Source: an uncultured Chloroflexia bacterium (GTDB lineage Bacteria; Chloroflexota; Limnocylindria; Limnocylindrales; CSP1-4). From it: DNA of 64,000 nt. Positions 8,499-19,273 of this stretch are shown here, piece after piece. Positions within the stretch are counted from its first letter, which is position 1. Every line of letters starts with the position of its first letter. The translations under genes were made by a program, and so were the position numbers. The stretch spans positions 1,472,001-1,536,000 of the forward strand of contig CAWFXA010000002.1 of assembly GCA_963819655.1 (NCBI GenBank). The letters are read 5' to 3'. The notes beneath the pieces are model-generated. The model saw only the letters and a list, made by a program, of their open reading frames with translations, searched no databases and was not told the origin of the DNA.

Positions 8499-10097
8499 AT
8501 GCCCGATAGCGTCGACATCCTCATCACCGGCGGCACCATCGTCGATGGGACCGGTGCGCCGCCACGACTCGGGACGGTGGTCGTCGAAGGCGACCGGATG
8601 CGTGTGCTGGAACCGGCTTCTGGCGGCGAGACCCCGCAGCACGCCGGCGCGGCAATCGACGCGACCGGACGAGTCGTCGCGCCCGGCTTCATCGATCTCC
8701 ACAGCCACGGCGGCCTCGTCATCCTCGCCGAGCCGCTGCACGAACCCAAGGTCCGTCAGGGTGTCACCACCGAGATCGTCGGCGTCGACGGCAACGGCTT
8801 CGCGCCGTTCCGTCGGCAGGAGGATCTCGACGCGTTCGTGCACCTCGACTCCGGGCTCGATGGCCGTCCGGACATCGACTACGACTGGCGCTCCGTGGCC
8901 GACTACCTGGCACGGTATGACGGCACCGTCAGCCTCAACGTCGGCACGCTCGTCGGCAACAGCCAGCTCCGGATCGACGCGCTCGGCTGGGACGACGTCC
9001 CCGCCGACGACCGGGCCGTCGACCACATGCGCGGCGTTCTACGCGACGCGATGGCCGACGGCGCGGTCGGGCTGTCGTCGGGCCTCGACTATCCGCCGGG
9101 CAGCTTCGCCACCACCGACGAGCTGGCGGCACTGACGCACACGGCCGGCAAGCTCGGCGGCTTCTACCACACGCATGTGCGGTACACCCTCGGCGACCGC
9201 TATCTCGACCCGATCAGGGAGGCCATCGAGATCGGCCGGCGCGCCGGGGCTCCGAGCCACGTCACCCACTTCTACCACCGACAGACACATCCGGGCGGTC
9301 CGGATCGGCTGATCGCCCTCGTCGACGACGCCCGTGCCGAGGGCCTCGACATCACGTTCGACACGTACCCGTACGAGTGGGCGAGCACCAGGCTGCTGAT
9401 CCAGCTCCCGCAATGGATCCAGGCGGGCGGCCCGGGACCCCTCAAGGAACGCCTCGCCGATGCGAGCACGCGTGATCGACTCCGACGCGAGATGGGCCCG
9501 GCCTACACGAGCGCCGCCGGCTGGTCGGACCTTCGCCTCGGCAACTTCAAGCGGCCCGACCTGCTGCGCTGGGAATCACGGAGCCTCGCCGACGTGATGC
9601 ACGAGTCGGGGAGCGACGCCGTCGACACGATCTGCGACCTGCTCCTGGCGGAGGACCTCGGCATCAACCAGGTGACGAGCGGGCCGTGGACCGAATCGCT
9701 GCGAGAGTTCGTGACGCATCCGGTCGGGATGGTCGGCACGGACTCGACGTTCATCGCCGCGAAACCGAGCCCGCGGACCTACGGTTCGTACCCGCGGATC
9801 CTCGGTCAGTTCGTTCGGGACGAGCAGCTCCTCAGCCTGGAGCTGGCGATCCACAAGATGACGGGCGCGGCCGCTGCGCGACTCGGGCTGAAGCAGCGCG
9901 GGACCATCCGTGACGGAGCGCTTGCCGATCTCGTCGTCTTCGATCCGGCGACCGTCCGGAGCAACGCGACCTACGAGGAGCCGCGTCAGTACCCGACAGG
10001 CATCGACCACGTCATCGTCAACGGGACGCCGGTCGTCAGGGACGGCGAGCACACCGGGGCGACGCCGGGTCGAGCGATCCGGCTCGGAGTCGACTGA
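8499..10097 (+). CDS. N-acyl-D-amino-acid deacylase-family amidohydrolase
   Basis: GGTIVDGTG, VAPGFIDLHSH, SSGLDYPPG, PRTYGSYPRILG, IHKMTG; TATGGT -10 lies 6 nt before the ATG. Confidence 0.88.
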   Translation: MPDSVDILITGGTIVDGTGAPPRLGTVVVEGDRMRVLEPASGGETPQHAGAAIDATGRVVAPGFIDLHSHGGLVILAEPLHEPKVRQGVTTEIVGVDGNGFAPFRRQEDLDAFVHLDSGLDGRPDIDYDWRSVADYLARYDGTVSLNVGTLVGNSQLRIDALGWDDVPADDRAVDHMRGVLRDAMADGAVGLSSGLDYPPGSFATTDELAALTHTAGKLGGFYHTHVRYTLGDRYLDPIREAIEIGRRAGAPSHVTHFYHRQTHPGGPDRLIALVDDARAEGLDITFDTYPYEWASTRLLIQLPQWIQAGGPGPLKERLADASTRDRLRREMGPAYTSAAGWSDLRLGNFKRPDLLRWESRSLADVMHESGSDAVDTICDLLLAEDLGINQVTSGPWTESLREFVTHPVGMVGTDSTFIAAKPSPRTYGSYPRILGQFVRDEQLLSLELAIHKMTGAAAARLGLKQRGTIRDGALADLVVFDPATVRSNATYEEPRQYPTGIDHVIVNGTPVVRDGEHTGATPGRAIRLGVD

Positions 10098-10201
10098 CCG
10101 TCAGAGCCCGACGGCGTCGTCCGCGAAGTTGCCCTCGTCCCCGGCTTCGGCCGCGAGCAGCGGTCCAGCGTGGTCCGGGACCGATGGTATCGTCTGTGCG
10201 C

Positions 10202-12541
10202 ATGACGACCCGGACGAACGTGCCCGATGCGCTCGTCGTCCCGCCCGCCACGACAGTCCGCGGTCGCGCCCGCCCCGCCCTGCCGCTGCGGCGCGAGGGC
10301 CCGGAGAAGCTCACCGGGCTGGCCCTCTACACCGATGACATCGTGGTCCCGGGTGCGTGGTACGGCACCACGGTCCGCTCGAGCGACGCGCACGCGACAT
10401 TCGATGCGCTCGACTTCGATCCCGACTTCGACTGGTCGAAGGTCGTGGTCGTCACCGCCGACGACATCCCGGGCGACAACATCGTCAGCTCGATCAAGAG
10501 CGACCAGCCGATCCTCGTCCCGATCGGCGCTGAGATCCAGCACCACGCTGAGCCCCTGGCGCTCATCGCCGCGCCGGACAAGGCGACGCTCCGCGAGGCG
10601 CGCCGCAGGGCCGTGCCACGGACCACGAAGCTGCCCGCCGTGTTCGACCCCGACGCGTCCGACCACGTGTTCGCGAGCTACGCGATCGACCGCGGCGATC
10701 CCGACGCCGCGTTCCTGGCAGCCGACCTCATCCTCGAGGGCGAGTATCGGGTCGGCCACCAGGAGCAGCTCTACATCGAGAACAACGCGATGATCGCGGT
10801 CCCGACCGATGGCGGCGGCGTCACGGTGACCGGGTCGCTCCAATGCCCGTACTACCTGCATGCGGCACTCAAACGCGGTCTCGGGCTCGACGACCAGGCG
10901 GCACGGGTGGTCCAGGCCGAGACCGGTGGCGGGTTCGGCGGCAAGGAAGAGTTCCCGTCGGTGATCGGGCTTCACGCGGCCCTCCTCGCGCTCAAGGCTC
11001 AGAAACCGGTCCGCATGATCTACGACCGCCACGAGGACATCGCGGCCACGACCAAGCGCCACCCGGCGATCGTCCGACACCGCACCGGTGTGACCCACGA
11101 CGGCACGCTCATCGCGCAGGACATCGAGGTCGTCATGGATGGCGGCGCGTATTGCACGCTGACGCCCGTGGTCCTTTCGCGCGGGGCGATCCACTCCGGC
11201 GGCCCGTACCGCTGCCCGAACGTGCGGATCCGGGCCAAGGCGACCCGCACGAACACGCCTCCCAACGGCGCGTTCCGCGGGTTCGGTGCGCCGCAGACCG
11301 AGTTCGCGGCCGAGACCCACCTCAACCGGATCGCCGAGGGGCTCGGGATCTCGCCGCTCGACATCCGGCGGCGGAACGTCTACACGCCCGGCGACACGAC
11401 CCCGACCGGGCAACTGCTGCGGGACAGCGTGGCAGGCGAAGAGGTGCTGGAGCGAGCGGCCGAAGCCGCGGAGTTCAGCCACATGCGGGCACGGACCGGT
11501 GCCGCGCGGCGGGCGCGCGCCGGCTCGGGATCGATCCCGGGCTCGGCGCTTCGCACCGAGCGCGACCGGACGGCGTCGGGCATCGGCCTGGCGCTCGCCT
11601 GGCACGGCGCGGGATTCACCGGCTCGGGCGAGGTCCACCTCGCATCGGTCGCCTCGCTCGAGCTGACGGCCGAAGGCCGCGTGCGGATCCTTACCGCCTC
11701 GACCGAGATGGGCCAGGGCACCAAGACGATCTTCCCGCAGCTCGTCGGCGATGCCCTCGGGATCCCGGAGACCGACGTCGAGATCGCACCACAGGACACG
11801 GCATACGTCCCGGATTCCGGCCCGACCGTCGCGTCCCGCACGGCGATGGTCGTCGGCGGCCTCCTCATCAAGGCGGCCCAGCGATTGCGCGTCGACGTCG
11901 AGACCGCGACCGGCGGGCCGTTCGCCACGACCGCCGCGGGCTATGCGAGGGATCACGGCGCGACCCGCGTCGACCAGCAGTTCGAGCCGTACCCGGGCGG
12001 GACCCCGTTCGACGACGCGACGTACACCGGCGATGCGTACCCGGCGTTCGGCTGGGCCGCGTGCGTCGCGCGGGTCGACGTCGACCTCGACACCGGCGAG
12101 GTCCACGTCCGTGACGTCGTGGCGGCCGACGACATCGGGCGCGTCATCCACCCGGTCCTGGCCGAGGGCCAGGTCGAGGGCGGCACGTTGCAGGCCGTCG
12201 GGTACGCCACCATCGAGGAGATCAAGCTGCGCGACGGGCGCTACCTGAACGACCGGCTCGCGACCTACATCATCCCGACCGCACTCGACGCCCCGCGGAT
12301 CTCGACGATCCTGGTCGAGGCCCCATTCGGGGGCGCGCCACACGGCGCCAAGGGGGTCGGGGAGCTGCCGATGGACGTCGGGGCGCCGGCGGTCGTCGCC
12401 GCCATCGCCGACGCGACCGGAGCCTGGGTCACCGACCTGCCGGCCAGCCCGGAGCGGATCCTGGCGGCCCTCGCCGATCGCCCGGCCGTGGCCGGGCCGC
12501 GTCCCGCCGAGTCGGAACCGGCCCGGGAACTCGCCTCGTGA
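10202..12541 (+). CDS. pucD: Xanthine dehydrogenase-family molybdopterin-binding subunit (PucD-like)
   Basis: GGGFGGKE, AFRGFGAPQ, EMGQG, VASR, GQVEGG, GAKGVGE. Confidence 0.9.
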   Translation: MTTRTNVPDALVVPPATTVRGRARPALPLRREGPEKLTGLALYTDDIVVPGAWYGTTVRSSDAHATFDALDFDPDFDWSKVVVVTADDIPGDNIVSSIKSDQPILVPIGAEIQHHAEPLALIAAPDKATLREARRRAVPRTTKLPAVFDPDASDHVFASYAIDRGDPDAAFLAADLILEGEYRVGHQEQLYIENNAMIAVPTDGGGVTVTGSLQCPYYLHAALKRGLGLDDQAARVVQAETGGGFGGKEEFPSVIGLHAALLALKAQKPVRMIYDRHEDIAATTKRHPAIVRHRTGVTHDGTLIAQDIEVVMDGGAYCTLTPVVLSRGAIHSGGPYRCPNVRIRAKATRTNTPPNGAFRGFGAPQTEFAAETHLNRIAEGLGISPLDIRRRNVYTPGDTTPTGQLLRDSVAGEEVLERAAEAAEFSHMRARTGAARRARAGSGSIPGSALRTERDRTASGIGLALAWHGAGFTGSGEVHLASVASLELTAEGRVRILTASTEMGQGTKTIFPQLVGDALGIPETDVEIAPQDTAYVPDSGPTVASRTAMVVGGLLIKAAQRLRVDVETATGGPFATTAAGYARDHGATRVDQQFEPYPGGTPFDDATYTGDAYPAFGWAACVARVDVDLDTGEVHVRDVVAADDIGRVIHPVLAEGQVEGGTLQAVGYATIEEIKLRDGRYLNDRLATYIIPTALDAPRISTILVEAPFGGAPHGAKGVGELPMDVGAPAVVAAIADATGAWVTDLPASPERILAALADRPAVAGPRPAESEPARELAS

Positions 12542-13047
12542 CGAGTTACAGCTTTGTCGTCAACGGGACGACGGCCGAGGTCGACGTGCCCGGGATGCGC
12601 CGGCTGCTCGACGTCCTGCGCGAGGATCTCAGCCTCACCGGAACGAAGGAGGGCTGCGGGGAAGGGGAGTGTGGCGCGTGCACGGTCCTCGTCGACGGAG
12701 CACCGGTCGATTCGTGCCTCGTGCCGATCTGCCAGGTGGCCGGCACGGAGATCCGGACGGTCGAGGGCCTGGCCCCGACGTCCCAGGTCGCGAGCCAGGT
12801 CGGCGCCCCGACCTCGACCGCGCACCTCGACGCCCTGCAACACGCATTCCTCGTGACGGGCGGCGCCCAGTGCGGCATCTGCACGCCCGGCATGCTCATG
12901 GCGGCTCGCGCATACCTCGACGCCGGCGGGGGCCCGGACGAGGACGCTATCCGCGAATCGATCGCCGGCAATCTCTGCCGGTGTACTGGCTACACGAAGA
13001 TCGTCGAGGCCATCGCCCTCGTCGCGAACGGAGGGGCTAGATCGTGA
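12538..13047 (+). CDS. pucE: Xanthine dehydrogenase (2Fe-2S) subunit
   Basis: GCGEGECGACTV, QCGICTPG, GNLCRCTGY. Confidence 0.93.
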   Translation: MTSYSFVVNGTTAEVDVPGMRRLLDVLREDLSLTGTKEGCGEGECGACTVLVDGAPVDSCLVPICQVAGTEIRTVEGLAPTSQVASQVGAPTSTAHLDALQHAFLVTGGAQCGICTPGMLMAARAYLDAGGGPDEDAIRESIAGNLCRCTGYTKIVEAIALVANGGARS

Positions 13048-13310
13048 GTCCATCAGGTGATCGGGTGGCGGTGCCGACGAATGGCCACCACCCCGCGCTG
13101 TCCGAGCATGAGATCGACGCCGTCGGCGCCGATCCCGACGTCGATGCGACCGCCGCGACCGACCCGGGTGTCGGCCCGCCCGTCGTCGAGGACCGCGGGG
13201 CTCGCTCGCCCGTGCCGGTCGTCACGCCGGGCCAGCTCGCGGCCGGGTTCGGCATCATCGCGGCGTTGATCCTGCTGGTCGTGGGCCGTCGCCGCGGCCG
13301 ACGCGGCTGA
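13044..13310 (+). CDS. Small protein with acidic N-terminus, one C-terminal TM helix and Arg-rich tail
   Basis: GTGA overlap with pucE, upstream GGAGG SD; QLAAGFGIIAALILLVVGRRRGRRG. Confidence 0.6.
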   Translation: MSPSGDRVAVPTNGHHPALSEHEIDAVGADPDVDATAATDPGVGPPVVEDRGARSPVPVVTPGQLAAGFGIIAALILLVVGRRRGRRG

Positions 13311-13333
13311 GGGACGCGCCGGACACAGTCCCG

Positions 13334-14195
13334 ATGTCGATCGAGCCGCCCGTCACCAGCCCGCGCGATCTCGAGGGCGCGTACGCAGCGTTGTCGTCGG
13401 GGAGTGCCGAGAACCCGGTGCGGCCGGTCGCCGGCGGCACCGACCTGATGGTCGCGCTGACCGGCGAGCTCGGCCCGCGGCCCGCCAACGTCGTCGACAT
13501 CTGGGCGATCGACGCCCTGCGCGGCATCGCGATCGATGGCGACCTTCTGACCCTCGGCGCGCTCACGACGTACACCGATATCCGCCGCTCGGCGCTGTGC
13601 CGCGAGCACGTCCCGGCGCTGGTCGAGGCGGCCGCGACGATCGGCGCGGCGCAGATCCAGAACCGTGGCACGCTCGGGGGCAACATCGCGAACGCCTCGC
13701 CCGCGGGGGACACGCTGCCGGTGCTCCTGGCGGCGGATGCCGTGTTCATCATCGGCTCGGAACGGGGTGAGCGTGAGGTACCGGCCGACCGGTTCTGGAC
13801 GGGTTATCGAGCCACCGCACTCGCTCACGACGAGCTGATCCTGCGCATCCGCATCCCGCTCACCGCGCGCCCGCGAGATGCGCTTTCGCAAGGTCGGCAC
13901 GCGCCGCGCTCAGTCGATCAGCAAGGTCGTGATGGCCGTCGCGTGGCACGGCGACGGGACGTGGACGAAGGTCCGTGTCGCCCTCGGGTCCGTGGCGGCC
14001 ACCCCGATCCGTGCCGCCGCGGCTGAGGCCGCGCTCGAGGGTCGATCCCCGACGCCGGAGACCGCGGACCGGGCGGCAGAGGTGCTCGCCGGCGAGCTGG
14101 CACCGATCGACGACGTCCGGTCGACCGCAGAGTACCGCCGCCTCGTCGCGGCGCGGATCCTGCACCGCATCATCCGTGACGCGGCCGGGTGGTGA
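13334..14195 (+). CDS. pucC: Xanthine dehydrogenase FAD-binding subunit (frameshift near 13870)
   Basis: AGGTDL, QIQNRGTLGGN..NASPAGD in the first frame; RKVGTRRAQSISK..PIDDVRSTAEYR in a second frame. Confidence 0.87.
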
Positions 14196-14675
14196 ACGCG
14201 GATCGGGACACGCTCGCGGATCGCGACACCCTGGCCGCGCTGTTCGAAGGCGCGCCACGTTTCCTCGATCGCCTGATCGCCGCCGGGCCGTTCGAGAGCT
14301 CCGACGCCCTGTTCGCCGCCGCGCGGGACGATCGCCCATGAGATGCCCGAGGAAGAGCAGGTCGAGCTGATCGACGCCCACCCGCGGCTCGGGGCAGCAC
14401 CCGGGTCCGTGTCGGCGATGAGCTACGTGGAGCAGGGGTACGACCGGGGAGCCGGCACGCCCGTCGACGTCGCTGCGGAACTCGAGCACCTCAACGACGA
14501 GTACGAGGCGCGCCACGGGTTCCGCTACTGCGTCTTCGTCGCAGGCCGGCCCCGGGAGGCACTGCTCCCCGGGTTCGCCGCCGCGCTCGACGCGGATCGG
14601 TCGACCGAGCTCCACCGAGCCCTCGACGCCGTCGTCGACATCGCCATCGACCGGCATGCGAAGCTGTCAGCGTGA
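14192..14675 (+). CDS. uraD: OHCU decarboxylase (frameshift near 14325)
   Basis: LFEGAP..GPF, then AHPRLG, S..EQG, LNDEYEARHGF, IAIDR; one extra G in GCGCGGGACGATC joins the two frames. Confidence 0.82.
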
Positions 14676-15521
14676 TCGAGCTCGGTGCCAATCGGTACGG
14701 CAAGGCCGCGATCCGGGTCGTGCGGGTCGGTCGCGACACGAGCCCGCACAGCCTCCATGACCTGACCGTGGCTGTCGCCCTCGAGGGCGACTTCACGACC
14801 GCCCACACCGACGGCGACAACTCCCTCGTCGTGGCGACCGACACGATGAAGAACACCGCCTACGCGTTCGCGATGGACCACCTCGACGGCGCGATCGAGT
14901 CGTACGGGCAGGCCCTGGCGGAGCATTTCCTCGAGTTCGACCAGGTCGAGACCGCGACGGTCAACATCCGCGGCCACCAGTGGCGCCCGATCGATGTCGC
15001 GGGCAGCCCGGCGCCCGATGCCTTCGTCCGCGGACGGCGAGGGCACGCGCGTCGCGACCGTCGCCGCGTCCAGGGCCGGCACGACGGTCGAGGCCGGCGT
15101 CGAGGATCTCGTCGTCATGAAGACGACCCGCTCGGCGTTCGCGGGCTTCCCGCGTGACCAGTTCACGACGTTGCCCGAGACCGACGACAGGCTCATGGCC
15201 ACCAAGATCACCGCGATCTGGCGCTATGGCTCGCCCGACCTCGACTTCGACCGCGTCTTCCTCGATGCCCGGACGACCCTGCTCGAGGTGTTCGCCGACC
15301 ACGACAGCCCGAGCGTGCAGACCAGCATCTGGATCATGGCCAAGGCGATGCTGGAACGGCACGAGGAGCTCGACGAGGTGCGGATGGTGCTCCCGAACCT
15401 GCACCATTGGCCCGTCGATCTGTCGGGGTTGGGCATGACGAACGACAGGACCGTGTACGTGGCGACGACCGAACCGCACGGGCTCATCGAGGCCACGATC
15501 CGCCGTTCGGAGGTGTCGTGA
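14672..15521 (+). CDS. pucL: Urate oxidase (frameshift near 15030)
   Basis: YGK..IR, GDNS.VVATDTMKNT, MKTTRSAF.GF.RD.FTTLPET.DR, SPSVQ, PNLH, PHGLIEA. Confidence 0.9.
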
Positions 15522-17084
15522 TGGCACCGCCCGGCGTGGTCGTCACGGGTCCGCCGGTCGAGGGCGCCGAGCGCGTCCTGACCGACGACGCCCTCGCCTT
15601 CATCGCCGACCTCCAGCGGCGCTTCGGCCAGGTTCGCCTCGACCTCCTCCACCGGCGGCATGAACGGCAGGCCGAGCTCGATGCCGGCGGACGACTGGAC
15701 TTCCCGGCCGGCACCCGCGAGATCCGCGACGCCGACTGGACCGTCGCCCCGGCGCCGGCCGACTTCGACGACCGGCGGGTCGAGATCACCGGGCCGGCCG
15801 AGCCAAAGATGATGATCAACGCGCTGAACTCAGGCGCCCGGGTCTTCATGGCCGACCTCGAGGATGCGCTCTCACCGACGTGGGGCAACGTCGTCGGCGG
15901 GCAGGCGGCGCTCATCGAGGCGGTCCGCGGCACGCTGGCCTTCGACTCGCCGGAGGGCAAGTCGTATCGACTCGGCCGACCGCGTCGCGCAGCTGGTCGT
16001 CCGCCCGCGCGGCTGGCACCTGGTCGAGTCGCACGTGCTGGTCGATGGCGTGCCGGTGTCGGCGTCCCTGTTCGATGCGGGGCTGTACCTGTTCCACAAC
16101 GCCGCCGAGCGGGTCGCTCGAGGGTCCGGGCCGTATCTCTACCTGCCCAAGCTCGAGTCGCACCACGAGGCGCGCCTGTGGAACGAGGTGTTCGTGCACG
16201 CGCAGGCGAGCCTCGGGGTCCCGCGCGGGTCGATCCGGGCGACCGTGCTCATCGAGACGATCACCGCGGCGTTCGAGATGGACGAGATCCTGTTCGAGTT
16301 GCGCGAACACGCGGCCGGCCTGAATGCCGGCCGATGGGACTACCTGTTCAGCGTGATCAAGCGGTTCCGCCGCGATCCCGAGCTCTCGTCGCCCGATCGA
16401 TCGCAGCTCACGATGACGGTCCCGTTCATGCGGTCGTACACCCAGTTGCTCGTGCGGACGTGCCACCGGCGCGGCGCGCATGCGATCGGCGGCATGGCGG
16501 CGTTCATCCCGAACCGACGCGATCTCGAGGTCACGGAACGGGCGCTCGCCAAGGTCCGCGAGGACAAGGAGCGCGAATCGCGCGACGGCTTCGATGGGAC
16601 GTGGGTCGCTCACCCGGACCTCGTCCCGGTGGCGATGGAGATCTTCGATGCGGTGCTCGGTTCCAAGCCGAACCAGAAGGATCGGTCCCCGGACGACGAC
16701 GGCGCAACCGCCCCAAGCGCAGCCGATCTGAGCGACTTCCGCATCGGGGGCGGCGCCGTCACGGACGACGGCATCCGCGCCAACGTCCGTGTCGCGCTGG
16801 CGTACCTCGACGCGTGGCTGCGCGGAACCGGCGCTGCGGCGATCGACAACCTGATGGAGGACGCCGCGACGGCCGAGATCGCCCGATCCCAGCTGTGGCT
16901 GTGGCGGACGCGCGGCCTGCTATCGGTCGAGCGCTACGCCGCGTTCCGGGACGAGGAGCTCGGCCGCCTCGGCGGAGTGGCCGAGGGCCGGCTCAAGGAC
17001 GCCTGGGAGATCCTCGACCACCTCGTGCTCGACGACGAATTCGCCGAGTTCCTGACCCTTCGGGCCTACGCCGTCCTGGAATAG
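15521..17084 (+). CDS. aceB: Malate synthase A (frameshift near 15970)
   Basis: [55 protein letters not shown]. Confidence 0.92.
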
Positions 17085-17100
17085 CGGGTATCCCGCTGTC

Positions 17101-17200
17101 CCGGCAGCCGCAGCCCGGCAGCCGCAGCCCATCGCCCGCGCAGCCGCAGCCGCCCCCGCGCAGCCCGCGCGCAGCCCGGCAGCCGCTGCCCCGCCCCGCC
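17101..17200. repeat. Low-complexity GCAGCC(C)-based tandem repeats
   Basis: About eight GCAGCC units interspersed with CCG/CGC directly after the aceB stop. Confidence 0.6.
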
Positions 17201-17204
17201 GCGG

Positions 17205-17857
17205 TGATGCATATTTCCTGCCGTCCGGCCGACCATGGTCAACTGATGCGCATGGGCCGCATCAGCGACGCCGAGGTGAGGACGGGTAGAAGGCAACGTG
17301 GATCTGGGTGGTGACTGCCCACCGCTACGCTCGCCAGATGGCTTGGACGGAGGAAGACCGCGAGCGTCGGTTTCCCGAGGTGCAGCGCGGTTGGGAGCTG
17401 ATCGGTGCGGCGGTCAAGCGTCGTCGATTCGCGATCCGCTGGTCGCAGCGCGACCTCGGGCGCGCCAGCGGTATCGATCAGAGCGTGATCTCGCGCCTCG
17501 AGAATGGTCGGCTCTCTGGGCTGCGCTTCTCCCGCTTCGCCCGGATCGTTGCCGCGATGAATGGCCTCGACCCTGAGGCGCCGCATCCGCCCCTGCGTCC
17601 GTGGCATCACCTGAACTGAGAAGACTCGGCCACGATGCGGGCCGTGTGCATCAGTCCGAACAGTGACGGCGGCGCGTCTCCCTCAACCCTTCGGGTGATG
17701 CGGCGCATGCGCATCGAGCGCGCGACTGAGTACGATCGCGCGCCTCAGTCCGGCTGGGTAATGGCGGCGCGCCCCCCTCCGCCTTCGGGTGATGCGGTGA
17801 TGCGGGCCATGCGCATCAGCGGGGAAAGGGCGAGCGTCGGGCGGAATTTATGCATCA
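17205..17857. mobile_element. Candidate ~650-bp cassette bounded by 61-bp imperfect inverted repeats, carrying an XRE-HTH gene
   Basis: 17205-17265 and the reverse complement of 17797-17857 both read TGATGCATA...CTGATGCGCATGGSCCGCATCA with identical spacing. Internal 19-bp GATGCGGSSCRTGYGCATC copies lie at 17634 and 17697. Confidence 0.55.
17338..17619 (+). CDS. Small XRE-family HTH protein
   Basis: IGAAVKRRR...WSQRDLGRASGIDQSVISRLENG. Confidence 0.8.
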   Translation: MAWTEEDRERRFPEVQRGWELIGAAVKRRRFAIRWSQRDLGRASGIDQSVISRLENGRLSGLRFSRFARIVAAMNGLDPEAPHPPLRPWHHLN

Positions 17858-19273
17858 ACTTGTCTCCGGGCCGCTTGTTACAGGGCCGCGCTCCAGGTGC
17901 TGCCCGAAGCCGCGGCTGCCAACGAACGAGCCGTCGCGGATCACCTCGGCACCGCGCACGAAGACATCCCGGACAGCGCCGCTGACTTCAAGCCCCTCAT
18001 ACGGCGTGTAGTCGCTCGTGTGGTGCAGCTCGGCGGCAAGGAGGGTCCGGCGCGCGGAAGGGTCGAAGATGACGATGTCCGCGTCGCGGCCGACCTGGAG
18101 CGCGCCTTTGCTCGGCATGCCAAAACGTGCCGCGGGCGCCGTGGATACCAGTTCCACCATCCGCTCCACGGTGATCCGGCCGCGCGCGACGCCTTCGCTG
18201 TAGACGAGCGCGAGCAGCGTCTCGATGCCCGGCGCTCCATTGCTGATGCGGTCGAACGACACGCCGGAACCTGCTTCCGCCTTCTCGACCGCCACGCGAT
18301 CCGGGACGTGGTCGGTCGCGACGAGATCGAGCGAACCGTCGGCCAGTCCCGCCCAGAGGGCATCGCGGTCGGCAACTGACCGCAGCGGCGGCGAGATGAC
18401 GAAGCATGCGCACCGGACGGGGTCGGGCTCGTCGTACGCCTCTTCGGTCAGCACCAAGTAGTGCGGGCACGTCTCCGCCGACACCCGGACACCCGCCGCC
18501 TTGGCGCGGCGAACCTCATCGAGGGCGGCAGCGGATGACAGGTGGACGACGTGGACGGGGGAGTCGGTCGCGCGCGCGAAGGCGAGCGCCCGGGCAGTGG
18601 CGACGGCCTCGACATACGGCGGCCGCGACGTCGCGTGGTAGCGCGGTAGCGTGTCACCACGCTGAAGCGCGGCCGCGACTCCCGCGTCGAGCAGCACCGG
18701 ATCCTCGCAGTGGACCTGCAGCATCCCGCCGCGCGCACCCATGACGCGCATCGCATCGAACAGCGCCTGATCGCCAAGCCGGAAGTCGAAGACCATGAAG
18801 GCCTTCGAGGTCGCGACGCCCGCATCGATCGTGGCTGGCAGCTCGGTGAGTGGGTCGTCGGCGTGACCGGAGATCGCGAGCGAGAGGCCGTAGTCGATCG
18901 CACTGTCGGATTCCGTGGCGGTTCGCCATTCTGCGAGCCCGGTCTGAAGCGATCGCTCGGCCTGCGGCGACGACCCCGTTCCGGGGTTGTTGAACGACAG
19001 GAACGACGTCGTGCCACCGAACGCGGCGGCGACCGAATCCTGGAAGAACCGGTCCGGCTCCTCAGCGCTCGCCACGCGGGTATGTGTGTGGACATCGACG
19101 ACTCCGGGGAGAAGCAGCATCCCGGTCGCCTCGATCAGGCGGTCGGCGCTTGCCGCGAGCCCGTCGAGTGAGGGCTCGATCGCCGTGATCCGGCCGCCGT
19201 CGGCCGCCAGGTCAGCGCGCCGCGAGCCGCCCGCCGTGACGATGGTGCCGCCGCGGATGACGAGGTCCGTCAG
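17855..19273 (-). CDS. Cyclic amidohydrolase (dihydropyrimidinase/hydantoinase; candidate allantoinase)
   Basis: LPGVVDVHTH, AAAFGGTT, VHCED, VHLS, ETCPHYL, SPPLR, ATDH, NGAPGIE. The N-terminus TDLVIRGGTIVT extends to a CTG at 19273. Confidence 0.85.
   Translation of the reverse strand: MTDLVIRGGTIVTAGGSRRADLAADGGRITAIEPSLDGLAASADRLIEATGMLLLPGVVDVHTHTRVASAEEPDRFFQDSVAAAFGGTTSFLSFNNPGTGSSPQAERSLQTGLAEWRTATESDSAIDYGLSLAISGHADDPLTELPATIDAGVATSKAFMVFDFRLGDQALFDAMRVMGARGGMLQVHCEDPVLLDAGVAAALQRGDTLPRYHATSRPPYVEAVATARALAFARATDSPVHVVHLSSAAALDEVRRAKAAGVRVSAETCPHYLVLTEEAYDEPDPVRCACFVISPPLRSVADRDALWAGLADGSLDLVATDHVPDRVAVEKAEAGSGVSFDRISNGAPGIETLLALVYSEGVARGRITVERMVELVSTAPAARFGMPSKGALQVGRDADIVIFDPSARRTLLAAELHHTSDYTPYEGLEVSGAVRDVFVRGAEVIRDGSFVGSRGFGQHLERGPVTSGPETS

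Noticed and set aside
9986-12343. Long antisense and alternative-frame ORFs (also 41724-44213, 60947-63505, 45579-47159, 28397-30157)
   Set aside because: They are Arg/Pro/Gly-rich, carry no motifs and lie opposite well-supported genes, as expected from stop-codon scarcity at high GC.
13334-17084. Pseudogenisation or programmed frameshifting of pucC, uraD, uricase and aceB (also ligD, lhr, cupredoxin)
   Set aside because: These are mostly isolated single-base indels with intact motifs on both sides and no shared slippery sequence. Long-read error is more parsimonious; read-level confirmation is needed.
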